Shown: one piece after another, positions 1 through 9,736 of the stretch | How positions within the stretch are numbered: position 1 is the first letter of the stretch | How the letters are laid out: the number at the start of each line of letters is the position of its first letter | Origin: a virus | Virus record (IMG/VR): IMGVR_UViG_3300042465_004012 | Span: 1-64,000 of that record | Strand: one strand, 5' to 3' | Length of the DNA: 64,000 bases | Program-made: the position numbers and the translations under genes | The notes under the pieces: model-generated | What the model was told of the DNA's origin: nothing | The model's database searches: none | What the model saw: the letters and a program-made list of their open reading frames with translations, nothing else

Positions 1-1
1 A

Positions 2-835
2 AATGATAGTACAAATTATAAAGAAAAAGTAGATAATGTATGTAATACAAAAGATTCAATTGTACATGTTCATTATGATCATTATGCAATAAACCTTAAT
101 AGTAATAAAAATTATCCTTTAATATCAACATCTCATAATCCATATCACCCATTTATTGAAACATGGGATTCTGATGTTTTTGATGACTATACAAGACTTT
201 TTAATAACATAGATGGATATTTTGGACAATCTGAATGTTCAAATATTAATGCATTAAATATAAATCCAAATTTAAAAACAGGTATATGTAGGTGTGGTAT
301 TCCAAATTATCTATTTGAACCATTTAGAAAAGATAAAGGAAATAAAAGATCACTTGTTATAGGTAAAATTGAATCTAGAAAAAATCAATTTTTGTTACAA
401 AATGTTTTTTCTAATGATCTTGATATAGATTTTGTTGGACCTAATTCAGATCCTGATTTTATAGCAGGTGATGTTGGAAAAACAAAATATCTCGGAATAT
501 GGTCTAGACAAGATGTCGTTAAAAAAATGAGCGATTATTCATCTTTAATTTTACTTTCAAGAGTTGAAGGTGATGTTTTGGTAGTAAAAGAAGCCTTAGC
601 AGCAGGTTGTAGTGTTATTCTATCTGAGAAAGCTGCACTTAATATGGATGCTCATCCGTTTATTCAGATTTGTGATGACAACATATCTAAATTAGAATTT
701 ATAAATCATGTTATTAGAATAAATGAAGAAAATGAAAAATATCGATCTGATATTATCAGTTACTTTAATAAAAAATTTGAAATTTCTGTTACTGTATCAC
801 AATACATAAATTCTTTTAAAAAATTATATGCCTAA
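2..835 (+). CDS. Glycosyltransferase, GT-B/GT4-like, 5' truncated by window edge
   Basis: Frame is open from nt 2. Contains IGKIESRKNQ and SRVEGDVLVVKEALAAGCSVI (GT4 ExxxxxxxEA motif). Confidence 0.8.
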   Translation, partial: NDSTNYKEKVDNVCNTKDSIVHVHYDHYAINLNSNKNYPLISTSHNPYHPFIETWDSDVFDDYTRLFNNIDGYFGQSECSNINALNINPNLKTGICRCGIPNYLFEPFRKDKGNKRSLVIGKIESRKNQFLLQNVFSNDLDIDFVGPNSDPDFIAGDVGKTKYLGIWSRQDVVKKMSDYSSLILLSRVEGDVLVVKEALAAGCSVILSEKAALNMDAHPFIQICDDNISKLEFINHVIRINEENEKYRSDIISYFNKKFEISVTVSQYINSFKKLYA

Positions 836-1607
836 TTCAACTTTTATAATCCCATTAAAAATTGACTCTGATATACGATTACAAAATATTACTACATCTT
901 TAAAGTATATTTTAAAACATACAGATTCTAATATTATTATAACAGAAGCAGATGAAGTACGAAAACTATTTTTAGAAGAATTAAATGCTTCTAGAGTTAA
1001 ATATGTGTTTAAAAAATCTTCAAGTACTGAATTCCATAGAACTCTTATTATAAATGAAATGTTATCAGATGTAAAAACTGATATTACAATAAATTATGAT
1101 GCTGATATTGTACTTCCAACAGAAGCATTTAAAACAGCAGAACATTTAATTTTAAATCAAAATTGTGATGTAGTTTATCCATATGGGTTTGAACAATTTG
1201 ACCAACGTAAAATATTAGTAACAAGTGATTCATATGAAGTTTTTAAAAATACGTTAAATTTATCTGATTTAAAACCAGAACATACTATTGTTGGGTTTTG
1301 TAGATTTGGTCATGTACAGTTTTTTAAAACAAAATCATATGTTGATGGTTTTATGGAAAATGAAAATTATAAACATTGGTGTCCAGAAGACGAAGAACGT
1401 GGAATAAGATACCAAAGATTGGGATATAAAGTAGTTTGGTTTAGATCAATTATTTTTCACCAAGAACATCCACCATCAACACTATCCGCACCAATAAATA
1501 GAAATGAAATATACGATTTGCATAAAATGTTGATGAATTTTAATAAAGAAGATTTGATTGCATACTATAGCAATCAAGAATATATTAAAAAATACAAAAA
1601 GGTATAA
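828..1607 (+). CDS. GT-A glycosyltransferase (GT2/GT7-like)
   Basis: TFIIP start, NYDADIV DxD motif, and GFMENENYKHWCPEDEE resembling the GT7 WGxEDDD motif. Confidence 0.75.
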   Translation: MPNSTFIIPLKIDSDIRLQNITTSLKYILKHTDSNIIITEADEVRKLFLEELNASRVKYVFKKSSSTEFHRTLIINEMLSDVKTDITINYDADIVLPTEAFKTAEHLILNQNCDVVYPYGFEQFDQRKILVTSDSYEVFKNTLNLSDLKPEHTIVGFCRFGHVQFFKTKSYVDGFMENENYKHWCPEDEERGIRYQRLGYKVVWFRSIIFHQEHPPSTLSAPINRNEIYDLHKMLMNFNKEDLIAYYSNQEYIKKYKKV

Positions 1608-1608
1608 A

Positions 1609-2235
1609 ATGATTACACTTAATACAGATTACCCAATAGCTATTGATAGTTTAGATCACATTAATCCCTACGGATGTGTTCAAGATAGTAACACTAATTA
1701 TGAATACATAGTTGAAATTAAAAATTACTTTGATAACAAACAATTAAAACTATTAGATATTGGGTGTGCTGGAGGGCAACTTATGGTAGATCATCATAAT
1801 ATAGGTGATATTGCAGTTGGTCTTGAAGGCAGTAGCAATACCTTAAATGGTAAAGGTAAAGATAATTGGATTGCATTTAAAGATAATGTTTTATTTTTAT
1901 GTGATGCATCTCGACCATATTCAATTCAGTTAAATGATAATACAATAAAATTTGATTATATTCAATCATGGGAAGTAATAGAACACATTCCCGGAGAAAG
2001 ATTAGATACATTTTTTACTAATATTAAAAATCACCTAGATGATAACGGTTTGTTTTGCGGAAGTATAGCAACAACACGATGTTCATCTGGTAACCATGTA
2101 TCGTTATTACCTTTAAATGGTTGGATTGAAAAATTTAAAAAAAACGGATTGCAGATGAATGAATATATTTTTAAAAATACTTTAAGAAATGATGTTGACA
2201 GTTGTATTTTATTTACTGCCAAACTTATAAAATAA
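1609..2235 (+). CDS. Class I SAM-dependent methyltransferase
   Basis: LLDIGCAGG motif I and WEVIEHI. ATG at 1609 directly follows the upstream stop. Confidence 0.8.
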   Translation: MITLNTDYPIAIDSLDHINPYGCVQDSNTNYEYIVEIKNYFDNKQLKLLDIGCAGGQLMVDHHNIGDIAVGLEGSSNTLNGKGKDNWIAFKDNVLFLCDASRPYSIQLNDNTIKFDYIQSWEVIEHIPGERLDTFFTNIKNHLDDNGLFCGSIATTRCSSGNHVSLLPLNGWIEKFKKNGLQMNEYIFKNTLRNDVDSCILFTAKLIK

Positions 2236-2238
2236 ATT

Positions 2239-2865
2239 ATGAAATTATTACTTTTTTATCACTTATATAGACAGTTAGAAGAAATTTATTATTCATCAAT
2301 GTTTTTTAACAAAAGTAATTTTTTAAAAACACATTGTGATGTTTATGTTTCTTGTAATAATAAATCCTTTTCTGTAAAAGATTTAGAAGAACGGTGTAAA
2401 TTTGAAGCAAAAACCAATATAGCAGTAACAACCAAAAATGCAGGATATTCTTTTGGTCAGGTAGAAGCAGAATCAGACACATTCGAAATGTGGAGAGAAT
2501 ATGATTATGTAATTTTCTGTCAGCCAGATTGCTATATAACAACAGATGAACATCTTATTAAAGCATTTCAATCAGAATTTGATGCCATGGTTTCACCTAT
2601 AGATCATATTGGAAGAATGTGTTATACAGGTGATTTTTTTGTTTTAAAACCAACCGTTAACTTATTCAGAGGATGGAAAGCGTATTACAGTGAAACAAAT
2701 GATCGCAACTATCCGCATGAACACTATCTTACCGATAGGATAAATGAGACTTATACAAATATAAAAACATTTGAACGACATGGCCACAGAGAAAGACAAA
2801 TAGATACTTTTGGTCTATGGCATGAACACAATAACAATAACGTAAAGAAAGTTTTAGGATTATGA
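2239..2865 (+). CDS. Hypothetical protein, possibly GT-A-like
   Basis: YDYVIFCQPDCYI resembles the GT-A DxD region; located in the glycosylation island. Confidence 0.45.
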   Translation: MKLLLFYHLYRQLEEIYYSSMFFNKSNFLKTHCDVYVSCNNKSFSVKDLEERCKFEAKTNIAVTTKNAGYSFGQVEAESDTFEMWREYDYVIFCQPDCYITTDEHLIKAFQSEFDAMVSPIDHIGRMCYTGDFFVLKPTVNLFRGWKAYYSETNDRNYPHEHYLTDRINETYTNIKTFERHGHRERQIDTFGLWHEHNNNNVKKVLGL

Positions 2866-3464
2866 TAATAAATACAGAACATTTAGGTGGATTTTCTAAA
2901 GAAGACACTACGGGAGATGTAGCTACATATCATCCAATTTTATGGAAATATATGATAGACACATATAACATAAAAAGTCTTTTAGATATTGGATGTGGTA
3001 TGGGAATATCAACAAAGTTTTTTCATGATAATGGATGTAAGGTTCAAGCGATTGAAGGGCATCCTTTTTGTATAGAGAATAGTAAAATGAAAGATTATAT
3101 ACTTTATCATGACTATTCACATGGCGAAAGCAATCTTGTTGGAACATATGATTTATGTTGGTCGTGTGAATTCGTTGAACACGTAGAAGAAAAATATTCT
3201 GAAAATTTTATAAAAAACTTTGCACAAGCAAAAATTGTTATGATTACGCATGCAACTCCCGGACAAGGTGGTTGGCATCATGTAAATTGTCAACCAGCAT
3301 CATATTGGATAAAAAAATTAGAAAAACATGGTTTAATTTATGATGAAAAGATGACAGAAGAAACTAGAAAAATTGCTGAGAGTGATTGGAAATTATATAG
3401 TCCTGGATATAAAAGCCACTATGTGGATAAAGGATTAATCTTTAAAAATAAAAATTATGATTAA
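2862..3464 (+). CDS. Class I SAM-dependent methyltransferase
   Basis: LLDIGCGMG, CEFVEHV and HATPGQGGWHHVNCQ motifs. Confidence 0.85.
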   Translation: MIINTEHLGGFSKEDTTGDVATYHPILWKYMIDTYNIKSLLDIGCGMGISTKFFHDNGCKVQAIEGHPFCIENSKMKDYILYHDYSHGESNLVGTYDLCWSCEFVEHVEEKYSENFIKNFAQAKIVMITHATPGQGGWHHVNCQPASYWIKKLEKHGLIYDEKMTEETRKIAESDWKLYSPGYKSHYVDKGLIFKNKNYD

Positions 3465-3540
3465 TCAAGAATTACAATATTTTTCAGATGAATTTAAATC
3501 AACAAGATGATGTCTACATTCACTCAGAAATGATAAAAAT

Positions 3541-4179
3541 ATGAAAATTGGAATATCTATAGTTGGAATTTCCCATTTAGATGGAGAAAAAGCAAATTCT
3601 AGAGATAGAGTTGGAAGAATTGGAAGAGTAAGAAAATTTGATTGTTGTCCACCAAATGTCAATCAAAATTTAATTGAACCATTTAAAAAAGATCATGATG
3701 TTTCTATTTACTTGACAACATACCCCCACGAATATCTGAATCAATTAATAGAAATGTACAATCCAACCAAATGCTCCACAAAAGATTTTGGTAATTCTTT
3801 TATGCAACAAACATATGCAGAATCTTTAAATCAATTAGTTGATGAAGATTTGGATTTTATTATTAGTACAAGATTTGATATTTTATTTTCACAAGATATG
3901 TCAAAATTATTATATGACTTTAATAAAATGAATATTTTATTTAAAGAAAAAGATTTGAATCATTTAAACTATACTTGTGATAATTTTTATGCATTTCCTA
4001 AAAAATATCTATTGGATTTTGCAAACTCAATAGGAGAGTTATATCACAGTGGAGAAAGAAATGGAATGCATGGTACATTACATCAGTTATCAAAAAAGAT
4101 TAGTTACGATAACATTAAAATACTTGATGAAGTAGATCAATTGGGACATAATAACAATTATTATTATCTTCCTCACTAA
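3541..4179 (+). CDS. Hypothetical glycosylation-island protein
   Basis: MKIGISIVG start and DFIISTRFDI, a pattern typical of phage GT-like proteins. Confidence 0.5.
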   Translation: MKIGISIVGISHLDGEKANSRDRVGRIGRVRKFDCCPPNVNQNLIEPFKKDHDVSIYLTTYPHEYLNQLIEMYNPTKCSTKDFGNSFMQQTYAESLNQLVDEDLDFIISTRFDILFSQDMSKLLYDFNKMNILFKEKDLNHLNYTCDNFYAFPKKYLLDFANSIGELYHSGERNGMHGTLHQLSKKISYDNIKILDEVDQLGHNNNYYYLPH

Positions 4180-4181
4180 TA

Positions 4182-4799
4182 ATGAAAAAAATTGAAGCAA
4201 TATTATTTGATTTGGATGGTGTTTTAGTAGATGCTTGTGATTGGCATTATGAAGCTTTAAATGTGGCTTTGATTGAATCGGGATATGACCCCATATCTAA
4301 AAAAGATCATACCGACATATATAATGGACTGCCAACAAAAGTAAAATTACACATGCTTGGGATTAAAGGGCAAAAAATTATTGAAATAAATAATTTAAAA
4401 CAAAAACATACTTTAGACATTATAAATTGTAATTCAAAAATTATGTCAGAAAAAATAGAATTATATGAATATTTAAAAAATTTAAATATAAAAATTGGTT
4501 GTGTAACAAATTCTATTAGAGAAACTGCTAAATTAATGTTATCTAAAACTGGGCAATTGGATTATATAGATTTATTGGTTACAAATGAAGACGTGTATCC
4601 AAATAAACCTCATCCAGTTTGTTATGATTATGCTATACAAAAACTTAATAGTAATCCAAATGCATCTCTTTGTGTAGAAGATTCACCAAAAGGAATAGAA
4701 GCCGCTACCAAAAGTAAAGTTAAATATCTGTGGGTAGTTTATAATTCGACAGAAGTAACAAAACAAAATTATATTAATTTTATGGAAACAATTATATGA
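4182..4799 (+). CDS. HAD-family phosphatase
   Basis: FDLDGVL motif I, VTNS, KPHP and VEDSPKG. Confidence 0.9.
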   Translation: MKKIEAILFDLDGVLVDACDWHYEALNVALIESGYDPISKKDHTDIYNGLPTKVKLHMLGIKGQKIIEINNLKQKHTLDIINCNSKIMSEKIELYEYLKNLNIKIGCVTNSIRETAKLMLSKTGQLDYIDLLVTNEDVYPNKPHPVCYDYAIQKLNSNPNASLCVEDSPKGIEAATKSKVKYLWVVYNSTEVTKQNYINFMETII

Positions 4800-5509
4800 A
4801 AATATTAATTCCAATGGCTGGAGAAGGTAGCCGATTTGCATCAGAGGGGTATACATTCCCGAAACCATTGATTGATGTATTGGGTAAACCAATGATACAG
4901 CAAGTAGTTGAAAATTTAAATTTTGATGCAGAATATATTTTCTTAGTAAGAAAAGAACACATTGTAAAATATTCTGGTTTAAAGGAAACTTTAAATAAAA
5001 TAACAAGTGGAAGATATAAAATAGTTGAAGTAGACAGTTTGACAGAAGGGGCTGCGTGCACAGCTCTTTTAGCCAAAGAATTCATAAACAATGATGAAGA
5101 TTTATTAATAGCTAATTCTGATCAGATTATAGAATATAGCAAAGACAATTTTGTATCTATCAAAACTTTGACTAATGTAGACGGTATTGTTTTTACATTT
5201 AATGCTCTGCATCCAAAATGGTCATTTGTAAAAACAAATAAAAATGGATTCGTAACAGAAGTTGCAGAAAAAAATCCAATTTCTAATATTGCAACCTGTG
5301 GAATATATTGGTATAGATATGGAAAAGACTTTGTTAAGTGTGCGGAATCTATGATAAAGAAAAATATTAGGGTCAATAATGAATTTTATATTGCTCCTGT
5401 ATATAATGAATTTATTGAAAATAAAAAATCTCTAATACCTTTTTTTGTGCATGAGATGTATGGAATTGGTACTCCAGACGATTTAAATGCATATATCCAA
5501 AATAGATAA
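4796..5509 (+). CDS. Sugar-phosphate nucleotidyltransferase
   Basis: IPMAGEGSRF...PKPLI, NSDQ and GIGTPDDL. Confidence 0.85.
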   Translation: MKILIPMAGEGSRFASEGYTFPKPLIDVLGKPMIQQVVENLNFDAEYIFLVRKEHIVKYSGLKETLNKITSGRYKIVEVDSLTEGAACTALLAKEFINNDEDLLIANSDQIIEYSKDNFVSIKTLTNVDGIVFTFNALHPKWSFVKTNKNGFVTEVAEKNPISNIATCGIYWYRYGKDFVKCAESMIKKNIRVNNEFYIAPVYNEFIENKKSLIPFFVHEMYGIGTPDDLNAYIQNR

Positions 5510-5513
5510 TAGT

Positions 5514-5954
5514 ATGATAAAAATAATTGCACATAGAGGAAATATAAATGGACCTCAAAAAGATTTAGAAAATAATCCAGAGTATTTGTTGCAAGCAGTT
5601 CACAAAGGATTTGATGTTGAATTAGATGTGTGGGTTGTAGATGGTCAATATTACTTGGGACATGATAAGCCAGAATACATAACAAATAAAAACTTTTTAG
5701 TATCAATTCCAGCATGGTGTCATGCTAAAAATGTTGAAGCTATGGAAAAAATGCAAGATGACGGTCTACATTATTTTTGGCATGAAAGTGACAAATATAC
5801 TATTACCAGTAAAGGTATTCCTTGGTGTTATCCGGGACATTATAATAAACACGGAATATCCGTTTTCCCAGATAAAAGGTATATAAATAATAATACATTC
5901 ATTGGTTGTGGAGTTTGTACAGATTATTGTTTATTTTATAAGAGTTGTATATGA
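5514..5954 (+). CDS. Glycerophosphodiester phosphodiesterase-like small protein
   Basis: IIAHRG, EN, VELDV, LGHD and VCTDY motifs. Confidence 0.75.
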   Translation: MIKIIAHRGNINGPQKDLENNPEYLLQAVHKGFDVELDVWVVDGQYYLGHDKPEYITNKNFLVSIPAWCHAKNVEAMEKMQDDGLHYFWHESDKYTITSKGIPWCYPGHYNKHGISVFPDKRYINNNTFIGCGVCTDYCLFYKSCI

Positions 5955-6847
5955 ATAAAAAAATATTATTATTGGGTGGAAACGGGTACATTGGTTCTAG
6001 ATTATATGATCATCTATTATCTTTAAATTATGATATTACAAATATTGATATTTGTTGGTATAAACAAATATATAAAGAGACAATTGTAACTGATTATGAT
6101 TCTTTGACTAAAGAATATCTACAACAGTTTTCACATATAATTCTTTTGGCTGGACATTCTATAATTGCTATGTGTAAAACTTTAGGTCCATGTTTTGAAA
6201 ATAATGTTTCAAAATATATTAGACTTATAGAAAAATTGAATGATTCTCAAATTCTTATCTATAGTAGCAGTGCAGCCGTTTATGGGAGTAATGATAATTT
6301 GGTTGATGAATCATATCCTATAACAGATGCCATAAATTTTTATGATTATACTAAAATTTGTAATGAACAAATAACTAATCTGTATCCAAATAAAAAAATA
6401 GTTGGATTAAGATTTGGTTCTGTAGGTGGATTTTCTAAAAATATAAGAAATGAAAATTTATTAAATTCACTTTCTATCAATGCATTTAAAAATAATAAAA
6501 TATCTGTATCAAATCCAAATATGATGCGATCCATATTAGAAATAAAAGATCTATGTCGAGCTATGGTTTATCTTATAGATGGTGGAGATCCAAAAAATAA
6601 AGTATATAATTGGACTTCAGTAAATGGAAAAATATTAGATTTGGGAAACTCTATTCAAAAAATAACTGGATGTGAATTAGAAGTAAATAATTTATTCCAT
6701 ACAAATTATAGTTTTAACTGTTCTAATAAACTATTTGAACAAGATTATAATTTTAAATTTGAAGGAACTATACAGTCAATATATGATGATATTATTAATA
6801 ATTATGACAATATTCTTGTAAACATAAAAAGAGAAAGTAGAGATTGA
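5951..6847 (+). CDS. NAD-dependent epimerase/dehydratase (extended SDR)
   Basis: GGNGYIG, SSAAVYG and YDYTK (YxxxK). Confidence 0.9.
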   Translation: MNKKILLLGGNGYIGSRLYDHLLSLNYDITNIDICWYKQIYKETIVTDYDSLTKEYLQQFSHIILLAGHSIIAMCKTLGPCFENNVSKYIRLIEKLNDSQILIYSSSAAVYGSNDNLVDESYPITDAINFYDYTKICNEQITNLYPNKKIVGLRFGSVGGFSKNIRNENLLNSLSINAFKNNKISVSNPNMMRSILEIKDLCRAMVYLIDGGDPKNKVYNWTSVNGKILDLGNSIQKITGCELEVNNLFHTNYSFNCSNKLFEQDYNFKFEGTIQSIYDDIINNYDNILVNIKRESRD

Positions 6848-6849
6848 AT

Positions 6850-8076
6850 ATGTTAGTAAATAGTTGCCGTTGCTGTGAAAATAAAAATTTAAAATCCGTA
6901 ATATCTCTTGGGATGTCTCCTCTTGCAAATAATTTGTTAAATGATGAATTGCAACAAGACGAATTATTTCCCTTGGAGATGTTGTACTGTCCGGAATGTC
7001 ATTATTGCCAACTTTCCTGTGTAGTGCCACCAGAAAAATTATTTGATACGTATCTTTATACGTCTTCAACAACAAAAAGTTTTAGAAATCATTTTGAAAA
7101 AGCAGCAGAATCATATGTCAAAAGATTTAATTTGACAACTAATTCATATGTATTGGATATAGGTTGTAATGATGGTATTGCACTGATGCCTTTAAAAGAT
7201 TTAAATATAAATGTTATTGGAGTAGATCCAGCAACAAATATTGTAAAACTCACAAGAGAAAAAGGTATTGAAACTATTCATGGTTATTTTGATGAAACCA
7301 TAGTAGATGATGTTTTAAACAAATATGGTAAAATTGATTTAATCACAGCATCTAATGTTTTTGCTCACTCAGCCGATATTAAACAAATAACAAATAGTGT
7401 ATTTAAACTTTTAAAAGAAGATGGTTGTTTTATAATAGAAGCACAGTATTTGTATGATACTATAAATGATCTTACATTCGACAATATTTATCATGAACAT
7501 GTAAGTTATTGGAGTGTCACATCGATTGTTAATTTTTTTACAAACTTAGGATATTCAGTTGTTGATGTTGAACATATTGATACTCATGGTGGATCTATTA
7601 GAGTTTATGTAAAAAATAAAAATAAAGAAGTTAGTCCTAACGTATTTTCTTTTTTGCAAAAAGAAAAAGAATTTGGGTTAACTGACTTTGAAGTTTATAA
7701 AAACTTTGCAAATAAAATACAACAAGTAAAAACAAATGTTAAAACCAACTTTGATAAATTTAAAAATATTGGATTAAAAATTGTTGGATATGCCTCTCCT
7801 GCAAAGGCTACAACATCTTTAAACTATTATCAAATTGATAATAATTATATTGATTATATTATTGAAGATAATAATTTTAAACATGGTAAACTTCTTCCGG
7901 GAGTAAGAATACCAATTTGTTCTAAAGAAAAATTATCATCAAATCCACCCGATATAATTGTAATTATGGCTTGGAATTTTGCTGAAGAAATTAAGAAAAA
8001 TAATACAGATCTTCTTTTACGTGGAATTAAGATGATAAGTATCAAAGATTTACAGGTAGAATATAATATTACTTGA
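6850..8076 (+). CDS. NDP-sugar C-methyltransferase (Zn-binding N-terminus)
   Basis: CRCC...LGMSPLAN...CPEC Zn motif, DIGCNDG, IYHEH, HGGSIR and ASPAKATT. Confidence 0.85.
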   Translation: MLVNSCRCCENKNLKSVISLGMSPLANNLLNDELQQDELFPLEMLYCPECHYCQLSCVVPPEKLFDTYLYTSSTTKSFRNHFEKAAESYVKRFNLTTNSYVLDIGCNDGIALMPLKDLNINVIGVDPATNIVKLTREKGIETIHGYFDETIVDDVLNKYGKIDLITASNVFAHSADIKQITNSVFKLLKEDGCFIIEAQYLYDTINDLTFDNIYHEHVSYWSVTSIVNFFTNLGYSVVDVEHIDTHGGSIRVYVKNKNKEVSPNVFSFLQKEKEFGLTDFEVYKNFANKIQQVKTNVKTNFDKFKNIGLKIVGYASPAKATTSLNYYQIDNNYIDYIIEDNNFKHGKLLPGVRIPICSKEKLSSNPPDIIVIMAWNFAEEIKKNNTDLLLRGIKMISIKDLQVEYNIT

Positions 8077-8100
8077 CAATTAAATCATTTATGGTATAAT
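8073..8100 (+). promoter_or_regulatory. Sigma70-like early promoter for gp55, leaderless
   Basis: TTGACA-N16-TATAAT with TGn extension; ATG lies 6 nt after the -10. Confidence 0.8.
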
Positions 8101-8106
8101 TGACTA

Positions 8107-8685
8107 ATGGCAAAGGACAAAATAAAAAAACCAAAGAAACCAAAAAGCAAAGATGGAGATTATGTTGATAACTCCGTCTTGTATCAAGAGTTAGTTGAAT
8201 ATAAAAAAAAGAAGAATGATGCAGAAAACTCTGGTAAAAAGAAACCAAAGTTACCTGATTATGTTGGTGATGCAATTTTAAAAATTGCAAACCGATTATC
8301 TTTCCGACCCAACTTTGCCAATTATACCTACCGGGAAGAAATGGTATCGGATGCAGTTTTAAACTGTGTTACCTATATTGATAATTTTGATCCAGATATC
8401 TCTAAATCTCCATTCGGATATTTAACCCAGATATGCTGGTTCTCATTTGTTCGTATAATCAACAAAGAGAAAAAAGAAAAGTATATTCAATTTAAAGTTG
8501 CCCAAAACCAAAACAACCCAGAGTTTCATAGATGGTTTAATGAAACCTTTTCTGGAGTCGAAAATGGGTTTAAGGATGCATTTGGTATTGGCGAACCAGA
8601 AGTAGAAAAAATGGATAAACTGCTTGAAGGTAAAAGAAAAGGTCGAAAGAAGAAGACCCAAGATGGAGGTTCCTTGAATGTGTAA
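8107..8685 (+). CDS. gp55: Late-transcription sigma factor gp55
   Basis: YVDN, KIANRLSFRPNFANYTYREEMVSDA and PFGYLTQICW; lies upstream of gp47. Confidence 0.92.
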   Translation: MAKDKIKKPKKPKSKDGDYVDNSVLYQELVEYKKKKNDAENSGKKKPKLPDYVGDAILKIANRLSFRPNFANYTYREEMVSDAVLNCVTYIDNFDPDISKSPFGYLTQICWFSFVRIINKEKKEKYIQFKVAQNQNNPEFHRWFNETFSGVENGFKDAFGIGEPEVEKMDKLLEGKRKGRKKKTQDGGSLNV

Positions 8686-9736
8686 AGCGATTATCTTGAA
8701 TGATAGTCACTTTGGATTCAAAGGTGATTCCACTGTTGTAAACGAATACTTTATTCGATTCTTTGAGGAACAACTGTTTCCTTATATCGAAGAACACAAA
8801 ATTCAATATGTCTTTCATTTGGGTGATCTGTTTGATCGCCGAAAGTATATTAATTTTAGAACTCTGAACCAAGTTCGAGAAAGAGTATTTGATGTCTTTG
8901 AAAAGTTGGGTACAGAGAACCACATTATCTGTGGGAATCATGATACCTTTTTCAGAAATAATAATTCATTAAATTCATTAACTGAAATGCTGTCCAAGTA
9001 TAAAAATTGGACTGTATACTCAGAACCAACAGACTTACAGTTTGGTCCAAACAAAGAATATTCAGTGGCATTGCTTCCGTGGATCAATTCTGAGAATGAA
9101 GATCGATCAGGTACTTTCATCAAAGAAAGCAATTCAACGATCTTATTGGGTCACCTTGAGTTAGCTGGCTTTCAAAGTATTCGTGGTGTCTTTATTGATG
9201 CTGGTTACGATCCCACATACTTTAGTAGATACGAGTATGTACTAACCGGACATTACCATGTATCTTCTCGTAGAGATAATATTCATTATCTTGGTACACA
9301 ATATCAAATGGCTTTCTCAGATGTATGGGAGAAAAAAGGATTTCATGTATTTGATTTTGCAACCAGAGAACTTGAGTTCATTGAGAACCCAATGAAACTT
9401 TTTTATACCATAGACTATAACGAAGATGAAAAATTAAAATTAGACTATGAAACATACAAAGATTCATATGTTAAAATTTTTGTAAAGAAGAAGACTAAAC
9501 CACTTCCCTTTGAAAAGTTTATAGATAAATTTTATGAAGCCGGAGTTGCTGACTTATCTATATCAGAAGAAGTTCCACAAACAACAGAAGCTCTTGATAT
9601 TGATATAGAAAAAGATACTCTACAGTTGTTGTATGAAGAGATTAACAACATAGAAGAGAAACTTGACAAAAACTTCTTACACGATATTATCACTACAACA
9701 TATCAAACTGCACTCGTAGGTGACATAGATGATTGA
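8678..9736 (+). CDS. gp47: Recombination endonuclease subunit gp47 (Mre11-like)
   Basis: DSHFG, LGDLFDRRK, GNHD and GHYH metallophosphoesterase motifs. Confidence 0.93.
   Translation: MCKAIILNDSHFGFKGDSTVVNEYFIRFFEEQLFPYIEEHKIQYVFHLGDLFDRRKYINFRTLNQVRERVFDVFEKLGTENHIICGNHDTFFRNNNSLNSLTEMLSKYKNWTVYSEPTDLQFGPNKEYSVALLPWINSENEDRSGTFIKESNSTILLGHLELAGFQSIRGVFIDAGYDPTYFSRYEYVLTGHYHVSSRRDNIHYLGTQYQMAFSDVWEKKGFHVFDFATRELEFIENPMKLFYTIDYNEDEKLKLDYETYKDSYVKIFVKKKTKPLPFEKFIDKFYEAGVADLSISEEVPQTTEALDIDIEKDTLQLLYEEINNIEEKLDKNFLHDIITTTYQTALVGDIDD

Noticed and set aside
3508-3510. In-frame TGA as selenocysteine or genome-wide stop recoding
   Set aside because: Core genes end normally at TGA (gp47, gp45), TAG also terminates genes, conserved genes are full length, and no SECIS-like hairpin is evident.
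1-8076. Glycan island as a host chromosomal LPS locus or prophage boundary
   Set aside because: It runs directly into gp55 with no integrase or att site, and such islands are common in aquatic T4-like phages. A chimeric join cannot be fully excluded without reads.
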